DNA from: a bacterium
GTDB lineage: Bacteria; Patescibacteriota; Minisyncoccia; UBA6257; JAUSGH01
Reading direction: 5' to 3'
Length of the DNA: 64,000 nucleotides
Assembly (NCBI GenBank): GCA_030649055.1
Contig: JAUSGH010000019.1
Location: forward strand, 1,454 to 65,453
Made by a program: the position numbers and the translations under genes. Below the pieces are notes generated by a model that was not told the origin of the DNA, made no database searches, and saw only the letters and a program-made list of their open reading frames with translations. Positions within the stretch are counted from its first letter, which is position 1. Every line of letters starts with the position of its first letter. This document shows positions 1 through 8,618 of this stretch, in pieces.

Positions 1-235
1 ATCAGCTTCATCGTGCTTCCATGGCTCGGTGTGAGTACTTTCAACGTGCTCCGGTACGGACTTCCCTGGTATTGGCTTACTGGCGGAATAAACTTCACGC
101 TCATTGCATGCCCGCCAGGGGGCGGATGTGGGCGAACTTGGACATTTGATGCTATTGCTCTCTTTGCCGACTTTGCAGTCTCGTACCTTATTGTGTGTGC
201 TATCGTCACTTTACGCACGAGGGCAAAAAAGACTC

Positions 236-1111
236 ATGCAACCCCTCCGCGAACGAATTAGGGATGCCGAGGCGAAGAAAGTCGCCATCGGGCACTTCAA
301 CATCTCGAACCTCGAGCAGTTGAAAGCCGTGGCGCACGCCGCGATGCGGCTCGACGTGCCGGTCATTATCGGCGTCTCGGAGGGGGAGCGTGCCTACCTC
401 GGCCTTCACCACGTGAAGGACTTTGTCGCGAGCTACAACGCCGAACACGCGAAGGAGCACGGCTTCCGCCTGTACCTGAACGCCGACCACACGCACGACC
501 CGGGGAAGGTGCGCGAGGCGGCGCGGGTGGGGTTCGACGCGGTGCTTTTTGATGGCGGGAAGCTGCCGTTTGCGGAGAACGTGGCGCTCACGCGGACTGC
601 GGCGACGCTCGCGCGGGAGGTGCAACCGAATGTGCTCGTTGAGGGGGAGCTCGGGTACATCGGAAGTGGATCCCAGGTTCTCGAGAAAATTCCCGAGGGT
701 GCGGCGGTCACGCCAGTGCAGATGACGACACCCGAGGAGGCGGCGCGGTTTGTGAAAGAAACGGGCGTGGACCTCTTGGCACCCGCCGTGGGAAATGTGC
801 ATGGCCTCGTTGAGGGGGGGAACCCGAAGCTTAATATTGACAGAATCCGTGAAATCAAAAAGGCAGTAAACATCCCTCTCGTCCTCCATGGCGGGTCTGG
901 TGTCTCCGACGAGGATTTCCGTGCGGCCATCGAGGCCGGCATTTCAATCATTCATATTTCGACCGAACTCCGCCTCGCTTGGCGGGAGGGGATAGCGGAA
1001 TCGCTCCGGGCGAACCCGAACGAGGTGGCGCCCTACAAGCTCACCGAGCTCGCCCTCGCGAAGATGGAACGGGTAGCAGAGTCCCGGCTTCGGCTCTTCA
1101 ACCGAATCTAG
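236..1111 (+). CDS. fba: class II fructose-bisphosphate aldolase family protein
   Basis: ORF 104..1111 trimmed to ATG at 236 (MQPLRERIRDAEAKKVAIGHFN). Class II aldolase hallmarks NADHTHD, EGELGYIGSGS, LVLHGGSG. TAG stop. Confidence 0.8.
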   Translation: MQPLRERIRDAEAKKVAIGHFNISNLEQLKAVAHAAMRLDVPVIIGVSEGERAYLGLHHVKDFVASYNAEHAKEHGFRLYLNADHTHDPGKVREAARVGFDAVLFDGGKLPFAENVALTRTAATLAREVQPNVLVEGELGYIGSGSQVLEKIPEGAAVTPVQMTTPEEAARFVKETGVDLLAPAVGNVHGLVEGGNPKLNIDRIREIKKAVNIPLVLHGGSGVSDEDFRAAIEAGISIIHISTELRLAWREGIAESLRANPNEVAPYKLTELALAKMERVAESRLRLFNRI

Positions 1112-1229
1112 GCCAATCTATTGCATTTGAAGTTAGAATTTAGGATAATTCTCGCAGATCTTCGTGCGATGAGCGTCCTGATTCAAAAGGGAATTCGCGC
1201 GTTTTTGTATCATATAGTGTGGAGGGCGC

Positions 1230-1532
1230 ATGCTTTTCAAAGTTGTGTTTGGGTATTGGGTTGATTGGAGCGAACCGATATTTGACAGCGCTTCAAAGGA
1301 GGAAAAGGAAGAGGTTCGGAGTCGGCGCGAGGTATTTTGGGTGGAAGCAGAGGATGAGGACAAGGCACGCAGGTACGCACAACGATTTGAGGGGCTTGAA
1401 ACGAATTCATATGAAGGCCTCGGAGATTTACTGGAGATTTCGGTCGTTACTCCGGAAGAGGTTAAGAGCTTGCCGAGTCTTGTGGTGTATGAGAGGTATC
1501 TGCCAAAGAAAGAAAGGTTGTATTTGAACTGA
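1230..1532 (+). CDS. hypothetical 100-aa acidic protein inside low-GC insert
   Basis: Intact ORF in a region of lower GC than its flanks, followed by a hairpin terminator. No recognisable motif. Confidence 0.3.
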   Translation: MLFKVVFGYWVDWSEPIFDSASKEEKEEVRSRREVFWVEAEDEDKARRYAQRFEGLETNSYEGLGDLLEISVVTPEEVKSLPSLVVYERYLPKKERLYLN

Positions 1533-1553
1533 ACCGACGCTGCTCCAATAAAA

Positions 1554-1580
1554 AACTTCCTCTTTCTGAGGAAGTTTGCT
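1554..1580 (+). terminator. intrinsic terminator hairpin AACTTCCTC-tttct-GAGGAAGTT then TGCTTT
   Basis: Perfect 9-bp stem read directly from the sequence. Confidence 0.5.
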
Positions 1581-1593
1581 TTAATGAGGTCAT

Positions 1594-2343
1594 ATGGATA
1601 CGACATTGATTGCAAAGATCATTATGGAAATCCGCGCGGGTGCGGGGGGTGATGAGGCCTCGCTCTTCGCGGGCGACCTCATGCGCATGTACCAGCGGTA
1701 CGCGCAGAAGCGCGGGTGGGGATTTGCGATTCTCGACGCGTCCGAGTCCGGTGCGCGTGGCTATAAAACGGTGAGCGCGGAGGTAAAGGGAACTGGCGCC
1801 TATGAAGCTCTCCGGCACGAGTCCGGTGTGCATCGAGTCCAGCGCGTCCCTTCAACGGAGCGACAGGGAAGGATACATACTTCGACGGCGTCGGTCGCCG
1901 TCCTGCCTGTCGTGGAAGCGAAGCAGGTTGACCTGAAGGAGAGCGATATTGAGGTTTCATTCTCGCGTGCCGGCGGCCCCGGGGGGCAGAATGTGAACAA
2001 GGTGGAGACGGCGGTGCGTGTCACACACAAGCCGACCGGCATCGTGGTTTCCTGCCGCGTGGAACGCTCCCAGCACGCGAACCGTGAGAAGGCGATGGAG
2101 ATGCTGCGCGCGATGCTCTATGACGCCGAGCAGCGCCAGTCTGTGGGGTCTGTTGCAGACCTCCGGAAGTCGCAGATCGGCACCGCCGACCGGTCGGAAA
2201 AGATTCGCACGTACAACTTTCCCGAGGACCGCATCACCGACCACCGCATTGGGAAGAAGTTCCACAACATCGAGAAGATACTGGAAGGTGCATTCGACCC
2301 CATCGTGGAGGCGTGGGCGAAGCAGGGGAGCGTAAATAGTTAA
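1594..2343 (+). CDS. prfA: peptide chain release factor 1-like protein lacking N-terminal domain 1
   Basis: [18 protein letters not shown] box, [14 protein letters not shown] (RF1 PxT-type tripeptide, not SPF), GGQ motif ([10 protein letters not shown]), [15 protein letters not shown]-terminus. Only 249 aa. An in-frame TGA at 1585-1587 lies two codons upstream of the ATG. GAGG lies 5 nt upstream of the ATG. Confidence 0.7.
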   Translation: MDTTLIAKIIMEIRAGAGGDEASLFAGDLMRMYQRYAQKRGWGFAILDASESGARGYKTVSAEVKGTGAYEALRHESGVHRVQRVPSTERQGRIHTSTASVAVLPVVEAKQVDLKESDIEVSFSRAGGPGGQNVNKVETAVRVTHKPTGIVVSCRVERSQHANREKAMEMLRAMLYDAEQRQSVGSVADLRKSQIGTADRSEKIRTYNFPEDRITDHRIGKKFHNIEKILEGAFDPIVEAWAKQGSVNS

Positions 2344-2382
2344 CAAATTTTGATCTTCTGGAGTTTGTGGTATAGTAGAGAT

Positions 2383-2985
2383 ATGGAAACGTATCAACCT
2401 GAAAAGGAGAAAAAGTCTCCGAAAGTAATATTGCCAGAAATCTTGGGGAGTTCACTCAAATCCGCGATGGGCGGAAATAACCCAAGGTGTGGAATCACTG
2501 CCCTTTTTGAAGATGTTTTGGATAAATTCGAGCATGATCTTAGTTTAAGGAAGGGTGATCTTCACTATACTGACGGGACACTAGTGCAAAGACCAGCGGA
2601 CGCAATGCGTGAGGTTGAAGCAACTTTTAGTTGGGAAACGGATAAGAACCATACGGAAAGTTCTAGTGTCAGATTCTCGTCAGAAAATCCCGAAGAAGAA
2701 GAGGTGGTGAAGCAGCAATATAAAAATCCGCCACTATCCAGAGAGGCGGTTGTCGAACTAACAAAAATATTAGAAAATCTTCGATCGCAGGTTGAGCCAG
2801 TGACTATTTTCGACAGTCGCGGTTCTTATGACGCTTATATACTTGAAGATGAAAGCGGAAATAAATATACGCTTTCTAACCGTGGTAGTTCTGTTCGCCT
2901 TGAGAAGTTTGAGGATAAAATTAAGGAAATTCAAAAAATCATTGATGAGTCAACTGATTCAATAGAGAGACTCGAGGCAATCTAA
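2383..2985 (+). CDS. hypothetical protein (AT-rich gene)
   Basis: ORF 2350..2985, likely start METYQPEK. GC is clearly lower than in neighbours. No recognisable domain. Confidence 0.45.
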   Translation: METYQPEKEKKSPKVILPEILGSSLKSAMGGNNPRCGITALFEDVLDKFEHDLSLRKGDLHYTDGTLVQRPADAMREVEATFSWETDKNHTESSSVRFSSENPEEEEVVKQQYKNPPLSREAVVELTKILENLRSQVEPVTIFDSRGSYDAYILEDESGNKYTLSNRGSSVRLEKFEDKIKEIQKIIDESTDSIERLEAI

Positions 2986-2990
2986 AGTGC

Positions 2991-3019
2991 AAAAACCCCG
3001 ACCTTGGCCGGGGTTTTTC
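2991..3019. terminator. bidirectional terminator hairpin between convergent genes (AAAACCCCGACC-tt-GGCCGGGG-TTTTT)
   Basis: A-run, GC stem, T-run. Confidence 0.5.
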
Positions 3020-3033
3020 GTTCGAATAGGTCG

Positions 3034-4548
3034 CTAGCCGTTCGACTGGCTCGGGGAGGTCGATCCGCCTCCGGCGGGTTGCTTCGCCTGCTCGAGCACC
3101 TCGATGTCGTCCTGGAATCCGGCGGCCGCCTCGAGCACCTTCGATGCATAGAACTGGCAGGCGGAGCGTTGCCACCGGGAACCGCAGTAGTAGGTAGCGG
3201 ACGCCTTTTTTTCTGCCGCCGCGGTTTGTGCCGCCGCGCCGTTGTCCTCCAGGTAGAGTGCGGTCCCGGTGAATGCGTCCGAGTTGTTCCACGGGTTCGC
3301 GGGCTCGCTCCCGGTGATACGCGTGATCTCGGGGGAGTAGATTTTCCAGGTTGAGGGAATGAATTGCGCTGGCCCCATGGCGCCGCCGTAGGTGCCGTCC
3401 TGGTTCGGGCAGGAGATGCGCGCGAAAGCGGAGTGCGGATCGATGCCGAGCCCTCCGGTGAGCTCGAGGAAGTAGGCATGGTCCTTTGGGTTCATGGCGG
3501 TGGTACCGCCCTTCATCACCTGGTCATACGCGCACCGTCCGGTGTTTTTGCCGAGGAGCGATTCACGGTTCAGGATGCCGAGAATGAGCGCCGGACGGAT
3601 GCCGGCCGCGCCGCCCGCGAGCTTCGCGTACTCGTACGCCTTTTCGAAGGTGAGCTCACCGCCGCCCAGGAGCTCGAAGATGCGGTTTCGAATTTGCGCC
3701 GCCTCCTCTTTCGTCTTAGTAAGAATTTTCTGATATTCAGCCTCTTTCCCCTTCGTTGTTTTCAAGAGGGTCGCCTTTTGCGTCTGGGTCGACTGAACGC
3801 CACGCTTCTGCGCCTCTTGGATTACCTTCAAGTTTTCAGTATCCTCCCGTTCGAGCGCGAGCTCCTGCTTCTGGTCCAGGAGCTGTTCCCGAAGCTTTGT
3901 GATTTCCGCGAGTGAGTTCCGGAGACTCGACTGAACGAGCATCACATTTTCAATATTACCAAAAAAGTCAGAGAGACGGGCGTTGCCCACCAAAACCGCT
4001 AAGAGTGGCTCGCGGTCTGATTCGTAAAGGTTTCGGACCGCTCGCGAGATGGCATCCTTATGTACCACGATGCGGTTCTCGGTGCTCACGATGGTCCGTT
4101 GCGTGGCGGCAGTATCCTTCTCAAGCTGGCTGATGTTCAAGTTCACCGCCTTGATTTGGAGGTTCAGCTTATTGATTTTTGCGTTCAACGAACTGATTTC
4201 CCCGGAGAGCGACTTACCCTGCTTTTGGTACGACGCGATGGTCTTTTGGTGCTCCGCGATTTGCGTCTCAAGCTCTGTGAGCTGCGCTTCGAGCTCACTC
4301 CGCTGTTCTTTGGTTGTCGGCGTCGTCTCGGCGGTCTGCTCCGCGACTCCCTGGTCTTCCTGTGCGGCAACCTGGCCCGGCGCTTGTACGGAACCAAGCA
4401 TGAAACTCACCACCCCGAGGATGGCCACACATTTTATCGCGAGCCGCAGCTGCGATGCCGAATGGACCGGCGTCCACCCAAGTGAAATACGCCGCGGGAG
4501 GGTTCGGGCGACATCTCGGACAATCGGAGGAATCGAGGATTCAGGCAT
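3034..4548 (-). CDS. secreted coiled-coil protein with C-terminal MltB-like lytic transglycosylase (SLT_2) domain
   Basis: N-terminal signal-like segment, long heptad-like region (ELEAQLTELETQIAEHQKT, LNAKINKLNLQIKAV). C-terminus has ILGILNRESLLG and GAMGPAQFIPSTW, resembling MltB GAMGQxQFMPSTW. Confidence 0.6.
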   Translation of the reverse strand: MPESSIPPIVRDVARTLPRRISLGWTPVHSASQLRLAIKCVAILGVVSFMLGSVQAPGQVAAQEDQGVAEQTAETTPTTKEQRSELEAQLTELETQIAEHQKTIASYQKQGKSLSGEISSLNAKINKLNLQIKAVNLNISQLEKDTAATQRTIVSTENRIVVHKDAISRAVRNLYESDREPLLAVLVGNARLSDFFGNIENVMLVQSSLRNSLAEITKLREQLLDQKQELALEREDTENLKVIQEAQKRGVQSTQTQKATLLKTTKGKEAEYQKILTKTKEEAAQIRNRIFELLGGGELTFEKAYEYAKLAGGAAGIRPALILGILNRESLLGKNTGRCAYDQVMKGGTTAMNPKDHAYFLELTGGLGIDPHSAFARISCPNQDGTYGGAMGPAQFIPSTWKIYSPEITRITGSEPANPWNNSDAFTGTALYLEDNGAAAQTAAAEKKASATYYCGSRWQRSACQFYASKVLEAAAGFQDDIEVLEQAKQPAGGGSTSPSQSNG

Positions 4549-4635
4549 CTATCAGATAGAACGATACAGGAAGCGTATCGTCACGTGCAATCCAGCACCG
4601 CGCGGTTTTATAATGTGGTGCGAGAAACGGCTCGG

Positions 4636-5283
4636 CTATGCCTGCGTTGCCGGTTCTGTGGCTGTATTCGCCGCAACCGCTCCGGCCGCGGGCGCCGCCA
4701 CCGGTCCGCCAGCTGGCGGAGGGGCGGTAACCTCCTCCTTCGCCTTCTCGCCAACCGTCACGATTGCGGTATCCTCGTTTGCGCGGACCTTGACCTCGGC
4801 AGACACGATGAGATCGCGGACGTAAATTGTCTGGCCGGGCTGTGCAAGCGTCTCAACGGAAACAATCAGTTCGTGCGGCATGCGGTCGGGAAGCGCCTCA
4901 AGCTCGATTTCAGAGAGCACCAGGAGGATGGGGAACCCCTCTTTCTTTGCGGGCGCCTCGCCCACCAAACGGATGGGCACGTTCGCCTGTATCTTTTCGT
5001 CCATGCGGACGTAGTGGAAATCAATGGCACGCACCGTGCCCGCACGGTAGTCCTGCTGGATGTCTGCGAAGACGGCGGGGATGCGTTCGGCACCGTCCAC
5101 GACGAGCGTGACCACCGTGTGCTCGCCGGCGGTCTTATACGCCGCGGCAGCGTCGCGCGCCGCGACCGCGAGGTGCCGGTTCTCGATACCGCGGCCGAAG
5201 AGCTCCGCGGGCACGAGTCCCTTTGTGCGGAGTGCGGCGACCTTCTTGCCGAGGATGGTGCGGGTGGTGACGTTGAGGTCCAT
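4636..5283 (-). CDS. rplY: 50S ribosomal protein L25 / general stress protein Ctc
   Basis: ORF 4636..5319 trimmed to MDLNVTTRTILGKK. L25 N-terminal beta-barrel pattern plus A/P-rich C-terminal tail. TAG stop. Confidence 0.75.
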   Translation of the reverse strand: MDLNVTTRTILGKKVAALRTKGLVPAELFGRGIENRHLAVAARDAAAAYKTAGEHTVVTLVVDGAERIPAVFADIQQDYRAGTVRAIDFHYVRMDEKIQANVPIRLVGEAPAKKEGFPILLVLSEIELEALPDRMPHELIVSVETLAQPGQTIYVRDLIVSAEVKVRANEDTAIVTVGEKAKEEVTAPPPAGGPVAAPAAGAVAANTATEPATQA

Positions 5284-5364
5284 AAGAGTAACGTACAACC
5301 TACAACCAACAACGGACAACAGTCATAAGGTTCACGTTGTTTGTTGTCGGTTGTTTGTTGTTGG

Positions 5365-5616
5365 TTATTTCTGCTTCTTCACCCTCTGCTTCTTTGCCGT
5401 CTTTGGCGCGGCCGCGGCTTTCGTGCGGCGCGCCGTGAAGCGCTCGACGCGGCCCGCAGTGTCAATTAAGGATTGCTTCCCGGTGTAGTAGGGGTGGCAC
5501 TTCGCGCAGATTTCGACGCGGATGGATTCCCGGGTGGAGCCGGTCGTGAACGTGTTGCCGCAACCGCAGATCACTTTGGCGTTCGGGTAGTACCGGGGGT
5601 GAACACCTTGTTTCAT
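5365..5616 (-). CDS. rpmE: 50S ribosomal protein L31
   Basis: [28 protein letters not shown]...[10 protein letters not shown], the L31 CxxC zinc motif. Confidence 0.85.
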   Translation of the reverse strand: MKQGVHPRYYPNAKVICGCGNTFTTGSTRESIRVEICAKCHPYYTGKQSLIDTAGRVERFTARRTKAAAAPKTAKKQRVKKQK

Positions 5617-5660
5617 GGTGTTTTTATTGTACCCAGGAAGTCGAAAATAGCAAGGATTGT

Positions 5661-5692
5661 AAAAAAAATAAGCCGCGGGGCTTATTTTTTTG
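5661..5692. terminator. bidirectional terminator AAAAAAAATAAGCC-gcgg-GGCTTATTTTTTT overlapping the stop of the downstream minus-strand gene
   Basis: Symmetric A-run, stem, T-run. Confidence 0.55.
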
Positions 5693-5882
5693 TGCGGCGC
5701 GTTGCGATTCTTTTCTCGTCTCTCTCGGGTAGAAGTTTATATTTTTTCAGGATTCCCACAATTGATTTTCCGCAGGCAGCACAGAGCGAGCGGTGAGCAA
5801 GCATGGTGCCGTACCCGACGGTCACGTACGGACTCTTTTCGGCTATTATTCTCTTACAGCGATCGCACTTAAGTATGAACAT
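5682..5882 (-). CDS. small zinc-ribbon protein (CxxC...CxxC)
   Basis: [13 protein letters not shown]...[11 protein letters not shown], 66 aa. Confidence 0.45.
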   Translation of the reverse strand: MFILKCDRCKRIIAEKSPYVTVGYGTMLAHRSLCAACGKSIVGILKKYKLLPERDEKRIATRRTKK

Positions 5883-6192
5883 ATAAGCGATTGAAGTTTA
5901 ACAGCCGTGCATGACTCGTCAATTGTGGATAAAAGTGGGGGAATTATGGCGCCCCCGGATGGGGGCGGAAAAGGCAAGAAACATCCGGTCTTATTCGTAC
6001 GAATGTGCGAATAAGTCCGGCGGGGGCGGAGCGTGAAAATGTCCGGCGGCGGAAAGAATGCAACCGTAGCCCCGCCCTTGGGCAAGAGTGAACAGCAAGC
6101 CCCGCGTAGGGTTTGTTTTTGTTCGCGGGAGTGGCAAGTCGGCGTTGCAACGCAAGGTTGTTACCCTTGTTGGAATCATATACAATAGGGCC

Positions 6193-6396
6193 ATGAAGTA
6201 TCTGACCGTCATTCATAAGAGCAGATATGGGTATGACGTGCACGTTCCGGTGCTCCCGGGCTGTCACAGCCAGGGGAAACTAAAAAAAGAGGCGCTCGAA
6301 AACATCAGAGACGCCATTTTCACGTATCTGGCGATGTCTCACAGAGAACTCAAGGGGGCGGAGGTGCGGGAGGTGGAGGTTGCAATTCCTGCATAG
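6193..6396 (+). CDS. hicB: HicB-family antitoxin (UPF0150/RNase H-like fold)
   Basis: ORF 6088..6396 trimmed to MKYLTVIHKSRYGYDVHVPVLPGCHSQGKLKKEALENIRDAIFTYL, a typical HicB N-domain. Confidence 0.6.
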   Translation: MKYLTVIHKSRYGYDVHVPVLPGCHSQGKLKKEALENIRDAIFTYLAMSHRELKGAEVREVEVAIPA

Positions 6397-6401
6397 CTGT
6401 C

Positions 6402-6575
6402 ATGCTCTTTACCGATGTTTCCGCGAAACGCGCGGTAACAGCTTTTCTCAAGGCTGGTTTTTGGGTTGCGAAGACGTTCGGTCGGAAACATATTGGGATG
6501 ACGGATGGTACCAGGAAGATTGTGATACCTCGAGCTACGAGAATTAACCCGTACACACTCAAGGGCATTATTTGA
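6402..6575 (+). CDS. hicA: HicA-family mRNA interferase toxin, ending at in-frame TGA; conserved C-terminal motif continues in frame to 6617
   Basis: 57-aa ORF MLFTDVSAKRAVTAFLKAGFWVAKTFGRKHIGMTDGTRKIVIPRATRINPYTLKGII then TGA, followed in frame by DAGLTDEEFKKLL and TAG. HicA proteins end ...ILKQAGLTxEEFxxLL. Confidence 0.55.
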   Translation: MLFTDVSAKRAVTAFLKAGFWVAKTFGRKHIGMTDGTRKIVIPRATRINPYTLKGII

Positions 6576-6626
6576 GACGCTGGATTAACTGATGAGGAGT
6601 TCAAGAAGCTCCTGTAGCGGTCATTG

Positions 6627-6657
6627 AAGTCAGACTTCCCGGGAAAGTCTGACTTCC
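6627..6657 (+). terminator. hairpin GAAGTCAGACTTCCC/GGGAAAGTCTGACTTC after hicA
   Basis: 14-bp inverted repeat. Confidence 0.4.
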
Positions 6658-6812
6658 AAAGATTATGACCGCACCTATAGAGGTGCGACGTTTGTATCTT
6701 AGCACCTACACACCAACCACTTGCGCCCAGCCCCCCCATGACATCTCGGGCTCTTGCGCCCAGGTCGAGAGGGGGGGGTAGGATTATGGGAAAGGAAAGG
6801 TCGGGGTGACCT

Positions 6813-7346
6813 TTGAGGAAACTAAAATTTATGTTTGAAAGAGAAAAAAACATAGAGACTTGCCCACACGGAAATGTTCCTGAAGGGTGCGGCGCGTGTA
6901 AGCTAACTCTCGAGGAGGCTGGTTCTCGGGCGAATGCCATGCGGGTGATGACGGGTCAAGGTGCTGAGGGGGCAAAAAGAAGAGCCCGCACCGATTTTGT
7001 TGATGTAATAACGCATGAGGCAACCAACGAAGAGTACGAGTCTGCCGACAAAGAGCTTGAGCTATTTGAGCAGACAGGAGAACACTATAACAGCAACGTG
7101 ATTTATAAAGCGATTGACTTCATTGAGCGCGCGATAGAGGGAGACTCTTTTCTTCCATCTTATAATGAAATTTCAAAACGACATAAGGAAGCCTATGAAG
7201 CGAGTATGGAACGAGGAGAGGCGTTTGCTGAAGAGAGGGTAAATCATGAAGAGGGCGAAAGGAGCCTGAAAGTGCGAGAAAAGAAGTTACACGAGCTCTA
7301 CGAAAAATTAAAAACACGATTTGAGGGAAAGGAAAATAGTCGGTAG
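6813..7346 (+). CDS. hypothetical protein with CPHG...CGAC cysteine cluster
   Basis: 177-aa ORF, lower GC, followed by terminator. Confidence 0.4.
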   Translation: MRKLKFMFEREKNIETCPHGNVPEGCGACKLTLEEAGSRANAMRVMTGQGAEGAKRRARTDFVDVITHEATNEEYESADKELELFEQTGEHYNSNVIYKAIDFIERAIEGDSFLPSYNEISKRHKEAYEASMERGEAFAEERVNHEEGERSLKVREKKLHELYEKLKTRFEGKENSR

Positions 7347-7362
7347 CAATCGGTTTTCTACA

Positions 7363-7396
7363 GCAAGCACCCCAACACAAGGGGGTGCTTGTTTTC
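7363..7396 (+). terminator. intrinsic terminator CAAGCACCCC-aacacaag-GGGGTGCTTG-TTTT
   Basis: 10-bp perfect stem plus T-run. Confidence 0.6.
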
Positions 7397-7409
7397 TCGC
7401 TCCGGCTTG

Positions 7410-7438
7410 TTGACATAACCCAACTCACCCCCTATACT
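7410..7438 (+). promoter_or_regulatory. sigma70-type promoter TTGACA-17 bp-TATACT upstream of 16S rRNA
   Basis: TTGACA at 7410-7415, 17-nt spacer, TATACT at 7433-7438, about 300 nt upstream of the 16S 5' end. Confidence 0.5.
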
Positions 7439-7445
7439 TCCCCCT

Positions 7446-7501
7446 GCTTGCCCGACGTGAATGTGGCAGGCGGGCTTGCCCGACGTGAATGTGGCAGGCG
7501 G
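7446..7501 (+). repeat. perfect 28-bp tandem duplication GCTTGCCCGACGTGAATGTGGCAGGCGG in rRNA leader
   Basis: Two identical adjacent copies. Confidence 0.7.
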
Positions 7502-8618
7502 GTCTGTACGACCGGCGGGGCTTCTGCCGGTCAGAACATCGATTGAACCGACCGAACGTTCCGAACTGAATATTAGAAGCACTAAAAGTAAAAAAATGAA
7601 TGTAACATAGAATGTTTCTATTACGGTGAGCTTGTCGAACCGCTGGAAATTTTCTATGTTACCCCAAATCTGTTCCGAAGGTGGGCGTTTCGCCGACTGT
7701 GTGCACTCGTGCACATTCGAGGCGAGCCGCGAACCTTCTTTCGAGGATTTGATCCTGGTCCAGGATGAACGCTGGCGGCGTGGATAAGGCATGCAAGTCG
7801 AACGGTCGAGCGCACGTTGCGCTCGGTAGTGGCAAACGAGTTAGTAACGCCCTGGTACGTACCCCCGAGTCGGGCATAATTCCGCGAAAGCGGGACTAAT
7901 TCCCGATGGTGTCGCCTTAGGCGACTAAAGGAGCGATTCGCTCGGGGAGCGGCCTAGGTCCTATCAGCTAGTTGGTGAGGTAAAAGCTCACCAAGGCTAC
8001 GACGGGTAGGGGGGGTGAGAGCCCGATCCCCAACGAGGAGACTGAGACACGGCTCCTACACCTACGGGTGGCAGCAGTCGAGAATATTCGACAATGGGCG
8101 AAAGCCTGATCGAGCGACGCCGCGTGCAGGATGAAGGTCTTAGGATTGTAAACTGCTTTTCTACGGGAAGAAGTGTGCGTAGCACACAGTTTGTTAGTTC
8201 GTCAGTTACGCTTCGCTCTAGTTTATTAGTTGGTGAAACTAATTAACTAGCAAACGAACAGCGAGCGGAGCGAGCGGAACTAGTCAACTATGTGCTGCGC
8301 ACATTGACGGTACCGTGGGAATAAGGGGCGGCAAACTTCGTGCCAGCAGCCGCGGTAATACGAAGGCCCCGAGCGTTATCCGGATTCATTGGGCGTAAAG
8401 GGCGCGTAGGAGGTTCGGTCCGTCTCTCGTGAAATCTCGGAGCTCAACTCCGAACCCGCGGGGGAAACCGCCGAACTAGAGGGTGTTAGAGGCAGATGGA
8501 ACACACGGTGTAGGGGTGAAATCCGTTGATATCGTGTGGAACACCAAAGGCGAAGGCATTCTGCTGGGACACTCCTGACTCTGAGGCGCGAAAGCGTGGG
8601 GAGCAAAAAGGATTAGAT

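Noticed and set aside
13-261. 82-aa ORF at the window start overlapping the fba start
   Set aside because: Possibly the C-terminus of a truncated upstream gene, but it overlaps the well-supported fba start and has no motif. Too uncertain to annotate.
3364-4825. Plus-strand ORFs (3364..3915, 4049..4825, 4060..4485) opposite the SLT-domain gene
   Set aside because: Antisense to a gene with clear domain signatures. High-GC DNA yields long spurious antisense ORFs.
5883-6190. GC-rich structured spacer with GAAAATGTCCGG and ACATCCGGTCTTATTC words reminiscent of RNase P RNA P4 strands
   Set aside because: The two words are in the wrong 5'-3' order for RNase P RNA, and the region is too short (~300 nt). 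ACATCCGGTCTTATTCG simply forms a local 13-bp hairpin with CGAATAAGTCCGG.
6402-6617. Genome-wide UGA recoding (code 25, UGA=Gly) as explanation for the hicA internal TGA
   Set aside because: ftsA and other well-sized genes in this window terminate at TGA with normal protein lengths, and the GC content is high. A local nonsense mutation or isolated read-through is more parsimonious.
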